From assembly GCA_937969345.1 (NCBI GenBank), contig CALBVK010000246.1, forward strand, positions 463 through 64,462: a stretch of 64,000 nucleotides of DNA, written 5' to 3'. Source of the stretch: an uncultured Acidimicrobiales bacterium. GTDB taxonomy: Bacteria; Actinomycetota; Acidimicrobiia; Acidimicrobiales; SHLQ01. The position numbers and the translations under genes are program-made. Under the pieces are notes generated by a model that worked only from the letters and a program-made list of their open reading frames with translations, was not told where the DNA came from and searched no databases. This document shows, piece after piece, positions 24,857 to 33,248 of this stretch. The number at the start of each line of letters is the position of its first letter. The first letter of the stretch is position 1.

Positions 24857-26983
24857 CTATCGAGCAGTGAGGGCCTCATCCCAACTTCGATCATGAATCA
24901 GCTGATCCAGCCGTTTGCCGAATGCGTCCGCCATCGCTCGAGCGAACGTCACGGTGAGATGGTTGTCGTCACGTCGAACGAGAATGTCGTCGATGACCGC
25001 CGGGCACATGCCGTCGACGCAGAAGTAGTCCGTCAGGTCAAGGACAGCAAGCTCGTGAACCGCTGCTGCGTCAATGATCGGCCGCTCGCCATTGATCGCC
25101 TCCTCGATTGGTAATGCGCAGTCGACGAGGTCGCCAACGAGCAGAGAAGGGCAATCGAGTCCAACGACGTTGCCGCCAGGTACCGGACGAACGACCGCCA
25201 CCGGCACATCGATCTGTCCGAGGTAGTCCCATGATGCGATGTATGCATTGGTGAGGTGTGCTCGTTCGACATCGGTGGGATCGTGCAAGATTCGGTTCTC
25301 ACTGACAAGCACGAGATCGACGCCCTGGTCGTCGACGATCGCCGACAGCCCGGTCCGCACGGCGTCTGGCCATGTCTCACACCGTTCGAAGCGTTGTGAG
25401 GCTGATGGCGCACCGATAGCGGTCCGACAACCCGACGCCGCCATCACGGTCAATCGCCAGTCCCTCTCCTCTGCAAGACGTTCGAGCGTCGGAACCCAAT
25501 GAGCAGCGTGTGAGTTCCCCAAGATGAGCACGTGTGTCTCTGCGTTCGGGTTGCCTAGCGGGCACAGGAATTCAGCGAAGCAGCCGGATGCATAACCAGC
25601 GGGGAGCTCCTCGCGAGCGTCGATGAAGTTCGGCGTGATGTCCTCGGCGGTGACCTGCACGCCGAGCACTTCGACGATCTGTGGGACCGTTTCGGCCGCA
25701 GCGACGGTCTGCTCGACGTTGGTGGTCGTCTGCAAGAGCATCGCCCCCAGCATGTACGCCGCGACGGTAGCGAATCCGCCAAGCGCGACGCCGCGGATTG
25801 GCTGGCGGAGAACCCGGTGGTGGCGCAGCGGCTGTTCGATCCAGCGGTACGACAATGCTGCTGGCAGGAAGGAAAGCGCAATCGCTAGCACCGATTGCAT
25901 GACGGACAGTGTCCCAAAGAGGGCCATAGCAAACCACAACACTGGCCAGTGCCACAGGTACAACGAGTAGGAACGCTCCCCGATCCACTGAATCGGCGAG
26001 CTCTCGAGCAGTCGCGTAACCCCAGGGGTCGAACCAAGCGCTCCGCCAGCGAGTAACGCCAGCGTGCCTCCGACCGGCAACAGTGCCGCAATGCCGGGAA
26101 AGGGCGTCGATGCCCCGATCAAGACGCTCGACCCAAGGATCGTTGCTAGGCCGCTGACGGTCGCTATTGGGGCGATACGGCGAGCGGCTAACCGGCCTCG
26201 CAGACGTTCGATGACGCCAGGAAGAAGAACGGCGAGCATTGCGCCCGACGACATTTCCCAGATTCGCGTCGTGGTGACGAAATAGGCCCGCGCTGGCTCC
26301 GCAATCGAGTACCAGTAGGAATACGCAAAGCTGAGCACGGTGATGATGGTCAGCACCGCGAGCAACGTCCGTCGCGTTCGTCGAACACCGAGCGAGGCAG
26401 CAGCGACCCCGACCGCCAAGATCAACAGCGGCCACACCGCATAGAACTGCTCCTCGACCGAAAGCGACCAGAAATGCTGAAGCGGACTCGGGACGTCGGT
26501 GCTGTGGTAGTCGACGGCTCGCTCGGCGAACAACCAGTTCACGACGTACAGGCCGCTTCGCTGAATGTCCCAGGAGATCGATCGCCCGTAGAGCTGCGGG
26601 ATGATCAGATCGGGAATCCACCTCGGCACGATGAACAACACCGCCGATACTGCACCGAGCACCGTGAACGAGGCCGGAAGCAGCCGGCGGGCACGCTTGG
26701 CGTAGAAGTCGAGTAGACGGATCGTTCCGGTCGTCTCGAGTTCGCGAACGAGCAAGCCGGTGATCAGATACCCCGAGAGCACGAAGAACACATCGACTCC
26801 GACGAATCCTGCGCTGAGGTACGGGACGCTGCCGTGGTAGAGCAGCACGAGCAGGACCGCTACGGCGCGAAGACCCTGGATATCGTTGCGAAACGCCGTG
26901 GACACGTAGGCCAATCGGCCTATGTCTGTCCAAATTGAGAAACCCTCACCGCTCGCAAGTGAATTCTCGCGACTTTCTGACAT
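24857..26983 (-). CDS. Acyltransferase family 3 (OafA/YrhL-type) membrane protein with a C-terminal SGNH-like domain
   Basis: Start of the family-3 domain FRNDIQGLRAVAVLLVLLYH, about 10 TM helices, and a C-terminal soluble domain with VLILGNSHAAHW (GDSL-like block). ATG 26983 preferred over the TTG at 27010. Confidence 0.85.
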   Translation of the reverse strand: MSESRENSLASGEGFSIWTDIGRLAYVSTAFRNDIQGLRAVAVLLVLLYHGSVPYLSAGFVGVDVFFVLSGYLITGLLVRELETTGTIRLLDFYAKRARRLLPASFTVLGAVSAVLFIVPRWIPDLIIPQLYGRSISWDIQRSGLYVVNWLFAERAVDYHSTDVPSPLQHFWSLSVEEQFYAVWPLLILAVGVAAASLGVRRTRRTLLAVLTIITVLSFAYSYWYSIAEPARAYFVTTTRIWEMSSGAMLAVLLPGVIERLRGRLAARRIAPIATVSGLATILGSSVLIGASTPFPGIAALLPVGGTLALLAGGALGSTPGVTRLLESSPIQWIGERSYSLYLWHWPVLWFAMALFGTLSVMQSVLAIALSFLPAALSYRWIEQPLRHHRVLRQPIRGVALGGFATVAAYMLGAMLLQTTTNVEQTVAAAETVPQIVEVLGVQVTAEDITPNFIDAREELPAGYASGCFAEFLCPLGNPNAETHVLILGNSHAAHWVPTLERLAEERDWRLTVMAASGCRTAIGAPSASQRFERCETWPDAVRTGLSAIVDDQGVDLVLVSENRILHDPTDVERAHLTNAYIASWDYLGQIDVPVAVVRPVPGGNVVGLDCPSLLVGDLVDCALPIEEAINGERPIIDAAAVHELAVLDLTDYFCVDGMCPAVIDDILVRRDDNHLTVTFARAMADAFGKRLDQLIHDRSWDEALTAR

Positions 26984-27182
26984 GTCAGACGTCAGAATTG
27001 ATGTGAACAATGAAGTGCAAATGTTTTCGTCGGCATGGTTCGACGAAAAGGGAATCTCTGGAACGCAAAAACTGAAGATCGCGATGTGGATCGCAGTGTC
27101 GCTGGTATTGGCGACGATCGCATCGATCCTGCTCGCTACGCCGGTAATGGCCGCCCTCGGTATGACGGCGCTTTTAGGATAG
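26982..27182 (+). CDS. Possible small membrane protein (66 aa)
   Basis: MSDVRIDVNNEVQMFSSAWFDEKGISGTQKLKIAMWIAVSLVLATIASILLATPVMAALGMTALLG, with one clear C-terminal TM pair. It lies in a lower-GC gap. Weak evidence; alternative ATG 27021. Confidence 0.3.
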   Translation: MSDVRIDVNNEVQMFSSAWFDEKGISGTQKLKIAMWIAVSLVLATIASILLATPVMAALGMTALLG

Positions 27183-27204
27183 AGCGGCCGGACTTGCCCG
27201 TTGG

Positions 27205-27795
27205 TTAGACGGGGACGAGAGCCACTCGCAGAAATCGCAGGAGTTCCTGTCGGCGCTCGGCCAGCGTGCGCAGGCTCGGCTCGATACCCATTGCCCGAAG
27301 AACTTCGACCTCGGTCGCCACTCCCATAATCGTGGAGTAGAGCGAGAACAACAGCAGCCGAGCGTTGCCGCCAAGAACACGACCTTCTTGCAGCGCGTTT
27401 TCAAGTGCATGCTGAGCAGCGTCGATGTGCACGGCAAGCCTGGTCGACAGCTGTACGGCGACCATCGAACCGGGGCGTGAGGCTTCGCGCAGGAGTCCAA
27501 GCAATGCCGGGCGTTGCAGGGCGAGACGGAACACAACGCGAACCGCTCCTTCCACCTGGGCCCAAACGTCGCGTGGATCAACATCGGAAATCACGGCGTC
27601 GAGCTCGTCGATGAACTCGTTAGCGGCCTCGTCGACGACCGCTTGGAAGAGCGCGTTCTTTGAATTGAAGTAGTACAGAATCGACTGCTTTCGCAGGCCG
27701 AGCTCTCGGGCGAGCGCATCGAGCGAGGTCCCGTCGACACCGGTGGTGCCGAACGACTCGAGCGCCGTATCGAGGATCCGCTGACGTGTACTCAC
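27205..27795 (-). CDS. TetR-family transcriptional regulator
   Basis: N-terminal HTH RQRILDTALESFGTTGVDGTSLDALARELGLRKQSILYYFNSKNALF and typical length (196 aa). Confidence 0.88.
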   Translation of the reverse strand: MSTRQRILDTALESFGTTGVDGTSLDALARELGLRKQSILYYFNSKNALFQAVVDEAANEFIDELDAVISDVDPRDVWAQVEGAVRVVFRLALQRPALLGLLREASRPGSMVAVQLSTRLAVHIDAAQHALENALQEGRVLGGNARLLLFSLYSTIMGVATEVEVLRAMGIEPSLRTLAERRQELLRFLRVALVPV

Positions 27796-27825
27796 ACCTC
27801 GGAGACTAGAACGAAAGGTCTTCTG

Positions 27826-27841
27826 TCTACCAATTGGTAGA
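27826..27841. promoter_or_regulatory. Perfect 16-bp palindrome, candidate TetR operator
   Basis: TCTACCAATTGGTAGA lies in the 38-bp divergent gap between the TetR gene (start 27795) and the reductase-HAD gene. It overlaps the annotated TTG start at 27834. Confidence 0.5.
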
Positions 27842-30257
27842 ACAGCGGCAAAGGCTGCTAGAAACAGCTTCTGTGATCAGCGAAAATCTTGCGGGGAAAC
27901 GTATCGCCGTCACCGGGTCGACCGGCTTTCTCGGAACCGCGCTCATCGAACGCCTCATCCGATCCGTACCCGACTGCGAACTCGTCCTTCTCGTGCGCCC
28001 CGGACGGCGCGGCGCGCAGGCTCGCGTCACCCGCGATGTCCTGAAGAACGACGCCTTTGACGGCCTCCGTGCATCACTTGGCAAAGACGAGTTCAACGAG
28101 ATGTGTGCTCGGCGTGTCCAAGCTGTCGCAGGCGACGTCGGCACCGATGGCCTCGGCCTGTCCGGTGAAGACCTCGAGCTGTGGCTCAGCGCGGATGTCA
28201 TTATCCACTCCGCCGCGACCGTGTCCTTCGACTCTCCGCTCGACACTGCAGTGGAGGTCAACCTCCTCGGGCCGCAGCGGATAGCGAACCTGTGTAACGA
28301 ACATGGCGTCTCGCCACATCTCGTGGCCGTATCGACGTGCTACGTAGCCGGTAGCCGCCGCGGCGCCGCTCCCGAACAGCTCGTCGACGAAAGCCCGTAC
28401 TTCGTCGAGGTCGACTGGCGCAGAGAAGTCGACGCTGCTCGTCGGAGCCGCCTCGATGAAGAGACCGCAAGTCGCCAACCCAAGCGCTTGGAGCAGTTCC
28501 GCTCGGAAGCTCAGCGAGAGCTTGGAGCGGTTGGCACGCCAGCCCTCGCCGCCAAGACGGAGACGATTCGACAGGCGTGGGTCACGACCCAGATGGTCGA
28601 GAACGGCCGTGCTCGAGCGTCTTCGCTCGGGTTCCCCGATGCATATGCGTACACAAAGGCCCTCGGCGAGCTCGCTCTCGTCGAGGCTCGCGGCGAAATC
28701 CCCGTGTCGATCGTGCGGCCGTCGATCATCGAGTCGGCATGGTCGGAACCAACCGCAGGTTGGATTCGCGGCTTCCGCATGGCCGAACCGGTCATCATCT
28801 CCTACGCCCGTGGCCTGCTGAGCGAATTCCCTGGGGTTCCCGAAGGTGTCGTCGATGTCATCCCCGTCGACATGGTCGTGGCCGCGATCGTCGCTGTTGC
28901 GGCCCGCGGACCCAAAGACGATGGCCCTGACGTCACCCAGGTTGCGTCGGGAAGCGCAAACCCGCTCCGCTATAAGAACCTCGTCGACTATGCCGAAGAC
29001 TGGTTCACCCGCAACCCAATCTATGACGAGCTCGGCCAACCAATCGCCGTTGCCGCATGGCAGTTTCCTGGCCGTGGACGCGTCGAGAAGCAGCTGGTTC
29101 GCGCACGGACCAGCCTTGAGCGAGCCGACCGAGCACTCGAGAAACTGCCGCTTCGTGGACGGACAGCCGACTTCGCAATGCAGCTACAAGCACGCAAAGA
29201 GCTCCTCGACCAAGCATCGGGATATGTCGAGCTCTACGGCGCATACGCCGAGTGCGAAGCGCTCTATGGACTCGACAACCTGCTGGGACTCTGGGGTGAA
29301 CTCTCGCCCGAAGACCAAGAAGCATTCGGCTTCGACCCACGGGTCATCGACTGGAAGCACTACGTCCAGAACGTCCACCTTCCATCGGTTGTTCGCCAGG
29401 CCCGAGCCAAGACCACGCCGGGCAAGAAGGTTGGACCGAGCCGATCCACGCGGTTGCGCGGACAGGTGCTTTCCCCCGACCGTCAGCTCGCCGTCTTCGA
29501 TCTCGAAAACACCATCATTGCGTCGAACGTGGTCACCTCGTTTGCGTGGCTCGCCACCCGAAACCTCGCTCCTCGTGACCGCGTCATTTTTGCCGCTAAG
29601 GCGCTCTCACAAGGGCCGGGTTGGCTCGCCCTCGACCGCAAAGACCGCAGCGACTTCCTTCGCAGCTTCTACCGCAACTACCGCGGCGCCTACACCGATC
29701 AGATCGAAGCCGACGCTCAAGAACTTCTCAGCCACTACTTGCTGTCAAAGTCCTTCCCAGCAGCGATCCGACGCGTCCGCGAGCACCGTGCTCTCGGCCA
29801 TCGAACGCTTCTGATCACCGGGGCCCTCGAATTTGTTGTCGAACCCCTCCGACCACTGTTTGATGACATCATCTCCGCCGAGATGAGCTCGGTGAATGGG
29901 CGGTATACCGGAGGCATGTCGTCGGTCCCACCCACGGCCGAGAACCGCTACCAGGCCCTCGCCGACTACGCCGCGGCCAACAACATCGACCTACGCGAGT
30001 CGGTCGCCTACGCAGACTCCTCGAGCGACCTACCCATGCTCGAAGCCGTTGGCTTCCCCGTTGCGGTGAACCCCGAAACCAAACTCGCTGCCATCGCCCG
30101 AAAGCGCGGCTGGCTTGTCGAAGACTTCCGCAAGCAGTCCGGGGCCCCCGGACGACCACTTCCTATCGCGCCACGAACCGGCGCCCGTTCTGAACCGATG
30201 CTGAGTGCGATGATGAATCGCGGCTCTGGCCTCGCCAAGGAGAAAACCCGCCGATGA
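27834..30257 (+). CDS. Fusion protein: acyl-CoA/acyl-ACP reductase-type NAD-binding domain (NAD_binding_4, male-sterility type) plus C-terminal HAD-IB hydrolase domain
   Basis: N-terminal GKRIAVTGSTGFLGTALIERL ... IIHSAATVSFDSPLD ... STCYVAG ... YAYTKALGE (YxxxK). C-terminal HAD motifs: LAVFDLENTII (motif I, reading D-x-E rather than D-x-D), LITGA, and AYADSSSDLPMLEAVG. The start is uncertain (TTG 27834 or GTG 27873). Confidence 0.75.
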   Translation: MVEQRQRLLETASVISENLAGKRIAVTGSTGFLGTALIERLIRSVPDCELVLLVRPGRRGAQARVTRDVLKNDAFDGLRASLGKDEFNEMCARRVQAVAGDVGTDGLGLSGEDLELWLSADVIIHSAATVSFDSPLDTAVEVNLLGPQRIANLCNEHGVSPHLVAVSTCYVAGSRRGAAPEQLVDESPYFVEVDWRREVDAARRSRLDEETASRQPKRLEQFRSEAQRELGAVGTPALAAKTETIRQAWVTTQMVENGRARASSLGFPDAYAYTKALGELALVEARGEIPVSIVRPSIIESAWSEPTAGWIRGFRMAEPVIISYARGLLSEFPGVPEGVVDVIPVDMVVAAIVAVAARGPKDDGPDVTQVASGSANPLRYKNLVDYAEDWFTRNPIYDELGQPIAVAAWQFPGRGRVEKQLVRARTSLERADRALEKLPLRGRTADFAMQLQARKELLDQASGYVELYGAYAECEALYGLDNLLGLWGELSPEDQEAFGFDPRVIDWKHYVQNVHLPSVVRQARAKTTPGKKVGPSRSTRLRGQVLSPDRQLAVFDLENTIIASNVVTSFAWLATRNLAPRDRVIFAAKALSQGPGWLALDRKDRSDFLRSFYRNYRGAYTDQIEADAQELLSHYLLSKSFPAAIRRVREHRALGHRTLLITGALEFVVEPLRPLFDDIISAEMSSVNGRYTGGMSSVPPTAENRYQALADYAAANNIDLRESVAYADSSSDLPMLEAVGFPVAVNPETKLAAIARKRGWLVEDFRKQSGAPGRPLPIAPRTGARSEPMLSAMMNRGSGLAKEKTRR

Positions 30258-31861
30258 GCCCCCGCAAAGCACCTCGTCCTGGACTCGTGCTCGATGTCGA
30301 CGCCTCTACTCCCCCGGTGCTGTTCCACCACGGTGAGAACTTCCGCATGGAGAAGTTGCCCGTTGGACGATCACGAATCATCTACCCCGCCGAGCCACTG
30401 CGCGGACTGATCGATCCTGATCAGGCGATTCGCGACGCACTCGAGAACCCGATCGATTCCGAGCCGCTGCGGGCGTTGATGACCGCCGATATGAAGCTGA
30501 CGATCGCCTTTGACGACATCAGCTTGCCGCTTCCTCCAATGCGCAAGCCCGATATCCGCCAACGCGTGATCGAAGCGGTTCTCGACATTGCCGCCGAGGT
30601 CGGTGTGGACGATGTGCACATCATCGCTGCGCTCGCGCTGCACCGTCGGATGACCGAAGATGAGCTTCGACACGCCGTTGGCGACCGCGTGTACGACGCG
30701 TTCGCTCCGAGCGGACGCCTCTACAACCATGACGCCGAAGACCCTGATGGCATGACCCATCTCGGCACGACGAACCACGGTGAAGAGGTCCAGATCTCCA
30801 AGCGCGCGGTCGACAGCGACCTCACCGTCTACGTGAACATCAATCTCGTCTCGATGGACGGCGGACACAAGAGCACGGCGACTGGCCTGTCTGGCTACAC
30901 GGCGCTGCGACATCACCACAACGTCGACACCATGCAGAAGTCCAAGTCGTTTATGGACCCACCGAACTCCGAACTTCATACGAAGAACTGGCGTCAGGGC
31001 GATGTGATCCGCAACGCTGGCGTGAAGATCTTTCAGATCGAAACAACGATCAACAACAACACGTTCGGCGAGACCGGACCGCTGTCGATGCTGCAGAAGC
31101 GCGAATGGGAATGGACCGGTCGCGACCGAGCAAAGTTCCTCGCTATGCAGGGCGGGCTCAGCTACATGACCCCTTCGGCGCGTCGAAAGGTGTTCCACAG
31201 CTGGAAGGCTCCCTACGAGCTGACCTCGGTGCAGGCTGGCGAGATCGAAGCCGTCCATAAGGTCACGACAGAGAACACCTTTGCGCAACACCTGGTTCCC
31301 GTTGAAGGCCAAACCGACATCATGACAATGGGGCTGCCCTATATCTCCCCCTACAACGTCAACTCGGTCATGAACCCAATCCTTGTTGCGGTACTCGGGC
31401 TTGGGTACTTCTTCAATCTCTATCGGGGCAAGCCGCTCGTTCGCGAAGGCGGGGTGCTCATCATGAGCCATCCAACGCCATGGGATTTCAACCCGGTGCA
31501 CCACCCGAGCTACATCGACTTCTTCGAGCAAGTGCTCGCAGATACGACCGATCCGCACGAGATCGAGAAGAAGTACGAGAAGCAGTACGCCGAAGACGAG
31601 TGGTACCGACACCTGTACCGCACCAGCTACGCCTACCACGGCGTCCACCCCTTCTACATGTGGTATTGGTGCAGCCACGCCCTACAGCACCTCGGCCAGG
31701 TCATCATCGTCGGCGGCGACCCCAAAGCGGTACGACGCTTGGGCTTCCGCCCAGCCTCGACCTTGCAGGATGCGCTCGAGATGGCGACCGACACGGTTGG
31801 ACCACAGCCAACAATCACCCACTACCACAACCCGCCAATGCTGATGGCGGACGTGAAGTAG
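30254..31861 (+). CDS. LarA-like (lactate racemase N-terminal domain, DUF2088) protein
   Basis: 535-aa ORF, ATGA-coupled to the upstream gene. The blocks IIAALALHRRMTEDEL and SMDGGHKSTATGLSGYTALRHHHN resemble the His and GG-x-KS...H motifs of nickel-pincer-dependent LarA as I remember them. Confidence 0.6.
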   Translation: MSPRKAPRPGLVLDVDASTPPVLFHHGENFRMEKLPVGRSRIIYPAEPLRGLIDPDQAIRDALENPIDSEPLRALMTADMKLTIAFDDISLPLPPMRKPDIRQRVIEAVLDIAAEVGVDDVHIIAALALHRRMTEDELRHAVGDRVYDAFAPSGRLYNHDAEDPDGMTHLGTTNHGEEVQISKRAVDSDLTVYVNINLVSMDGGHKSTATGLSGYTALRHHHNVDTMQKSKSFMDPPNSELHTKNWRQGDVIRNAGVKIFQIETTINNNTFGETGPLSMLQKREWEWTGRDRAKFLAMQGGLSYMTPSARRKVFHSWKAPYELTSVQAGEIEAVHKVTTENTFAQHLVPVEGQTDIMTMGLPYISPYNVNSVMNPILVAVLGLGYFFNLYRGKPLVREGGVLIMSHPTPWDFNPVHHPSYIDFFEQVLADTTDPHEIEKKYEKQYAEDEWYRHLYRTSYAYHGVHPFYMWYWCSHALQHLGQVIIVGGDPKAVRRLGFRPASTLQDALEMATDTVGPQPTITHYHNPPMLMADVK

Positions 31862-31867
31862 GCCACG

Positions 31868-32842
31868 ATGACCGCTGTCAGCAACTACAGAGCAAAGGTT
31901 TCCCAGCGTCTCGCTGGAACCGAAGTTCCCTTGGTCGGCAAGCTCCGCAAGCCATTGCAAGCGCTGCCATTTCCGTACACGGCCCCCACGGTGCCCCAGA
32001 CGGTGGAGGCCCCCGAAAAGCAGAGTGTTACGGGCACGAACTTCCCAACGGACTGGGCCCGCACCGAACCCGCCCGCAGGACCCGCGCCGTGCTCATCGA
32101 CACGATGGTTCGCCCGGTGATGGCCGGGCTTGCGCAACCGACCAAGCGAGGCATGGACCGCCTTCATGGCCTCGAGGGGCCGGCGGTCTTTGCAGCGAAC
32201 CATCACAGTCACGTCGACACCCCCCTGCTCTTGAGTTCTCTGCCGATGCCGTGGCGACATCGGGTGGTTATCGGCGCCGCCGCTGACTACTTCTTCGGCA
32301 CCCGCGTCACCGGCGTCCTTTCCGCACTGGTCATCGGCGCCATTCCAATCGATAGAACCAAGATCAGTCGCGCGTCGACGGACCTCGCGCGCGATTTGAT
32401 CGACGAGGGCTGGTCATTGGTGGTCTTTCCCGAGGGTGGACGAAGCCCAGATGGCTGGGGTCAGCCATTCCGTGGCGGCGCGGCCTTTATTGCTCAGCGG
32501 ACGAGTGTCCCGGTAGTCCCTGTGCACATCGAAGGCACCGGCCGGATCCTGCGCAAGGGCAAGAGCACCCCTACCCCAAGCCGCACCACGATCACCTTTG
32601 GCGAACCCATGTACTGCGATCCCGACGAGGACGCTCGGGCGTTCAACGATCGGATCGAGGCCCGCGTCGCCGAGCTCGCTGACGAAGCTATGACCAACTG
32701 GTGGGACGCTCGCAAGCGTGCGCACGCCCAGGACACGCCATTGCTGACCGGACCGCAGACGGCGACGTGGCGACGGGTGTGGGAACTCGATGCCGACCGG
32801 CCGCGACGCAACGGCCCGAAGTCCCGAAGCTGGCCCAAGTAG
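31868..32842 (+). CDS. 1-acyl-sn-glycerol-3-phosphate acyltransferase family (PlsC/AGPAT-like)
   Basis: Acyltransferase motif I NHHSHVDTPLL (H-x4-D), motif III VFPEGGRS, and motif IV-like VPVVPVHI. Confidence 0.85.
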   Translation: MTAVSNYRAKVSQRLAGTEVPLVGKLRKPLQALPFPYTAPTVPQTVEAPEKQSVTGTNFPTDWARTEPARRTRAVLIDTMVRPVMAGLAQPTKRGMDRLHGLEGPAVFAANHHSHVDTPLLLSSLPMPWRHRVVIGAAADYFFGTRVTGVLSALVIGAIPIDRTKISRASTDLARDLIDEGWSLVVFPEGGRSPDGWGQPFRGGAAFIAQRTSVPVVPVHIEGTGRILRKGKSTPTPSRTTITFGEPMYCDPDEDARAFNDRIEARVAELADEAMTNWWDARKRAHAQDTPLLTGPQTATWRRVWELDADRPRRNGPKSRSWPK

Positions 32843-32976
32843 TCAACACATACTCACCGAATTCAGGCTCTCAGACCCCGTTTGGGACCGAAGTGGGACC
32901 CGACTCATCTAAAACACGGTCATGGACGGCGGTTCATACCCGTTCGACGCCCAGCCGTCGAACGGACGCTCGTAGC

Positions 32977-33061
32977 GGGCACCTGCTTACGTACGAAGAT
33001 CGTGACTTATGACAATCCCGCCGTTGTGAGTGGCGGCGCGATCTTTCCCAAGCAGGTGCCC
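32977..33061 (+). other. 85-nt nested inverted repeat (long imperfect hairpin) in a 406-bp intergenic region
   Basis: GGGCACCTGCTT (32977-32988) pairs perfectly with AAGCAGGTGCCC (33050-33061). Nested inside are GAAGATCG (32995-33002) pairing with CGATCTTT (33039-33046), and an inner CCGCC-GTTGTGAGT-GGCGG. It is preceded by the hairpin GTTCGACG-CCCAGC-CGTCGAAC (32942-32963). Confidence 0.6.
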
Positions 33062-33248
33062 CGCTGCACCTTCGACGTGGTCGCCATACGTGCGCGCCCG
33101 CCACACATTGCCCGATCGGGCGCTCCCTTTTGAGCATGCGGGTGCCCAAATAGGTAGGTCTGTGGCACTTCGCGCAAGAATTGTCGTGCTCACGAACCAA
33201 AATTGGGCCAAACTATGGGCTGGCGGTTGGAAGGATTGTGCACGATTA

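Noticed and set aside
32882-33200. ORFs of 83 aa (+) and 88 aa (-) in the 406-bp gap after the PlsC-like gene.
   Set aside because: They show no codon bias, motif or ribosome-binding site. The region is better explained by the hairpin structures described in the findings.
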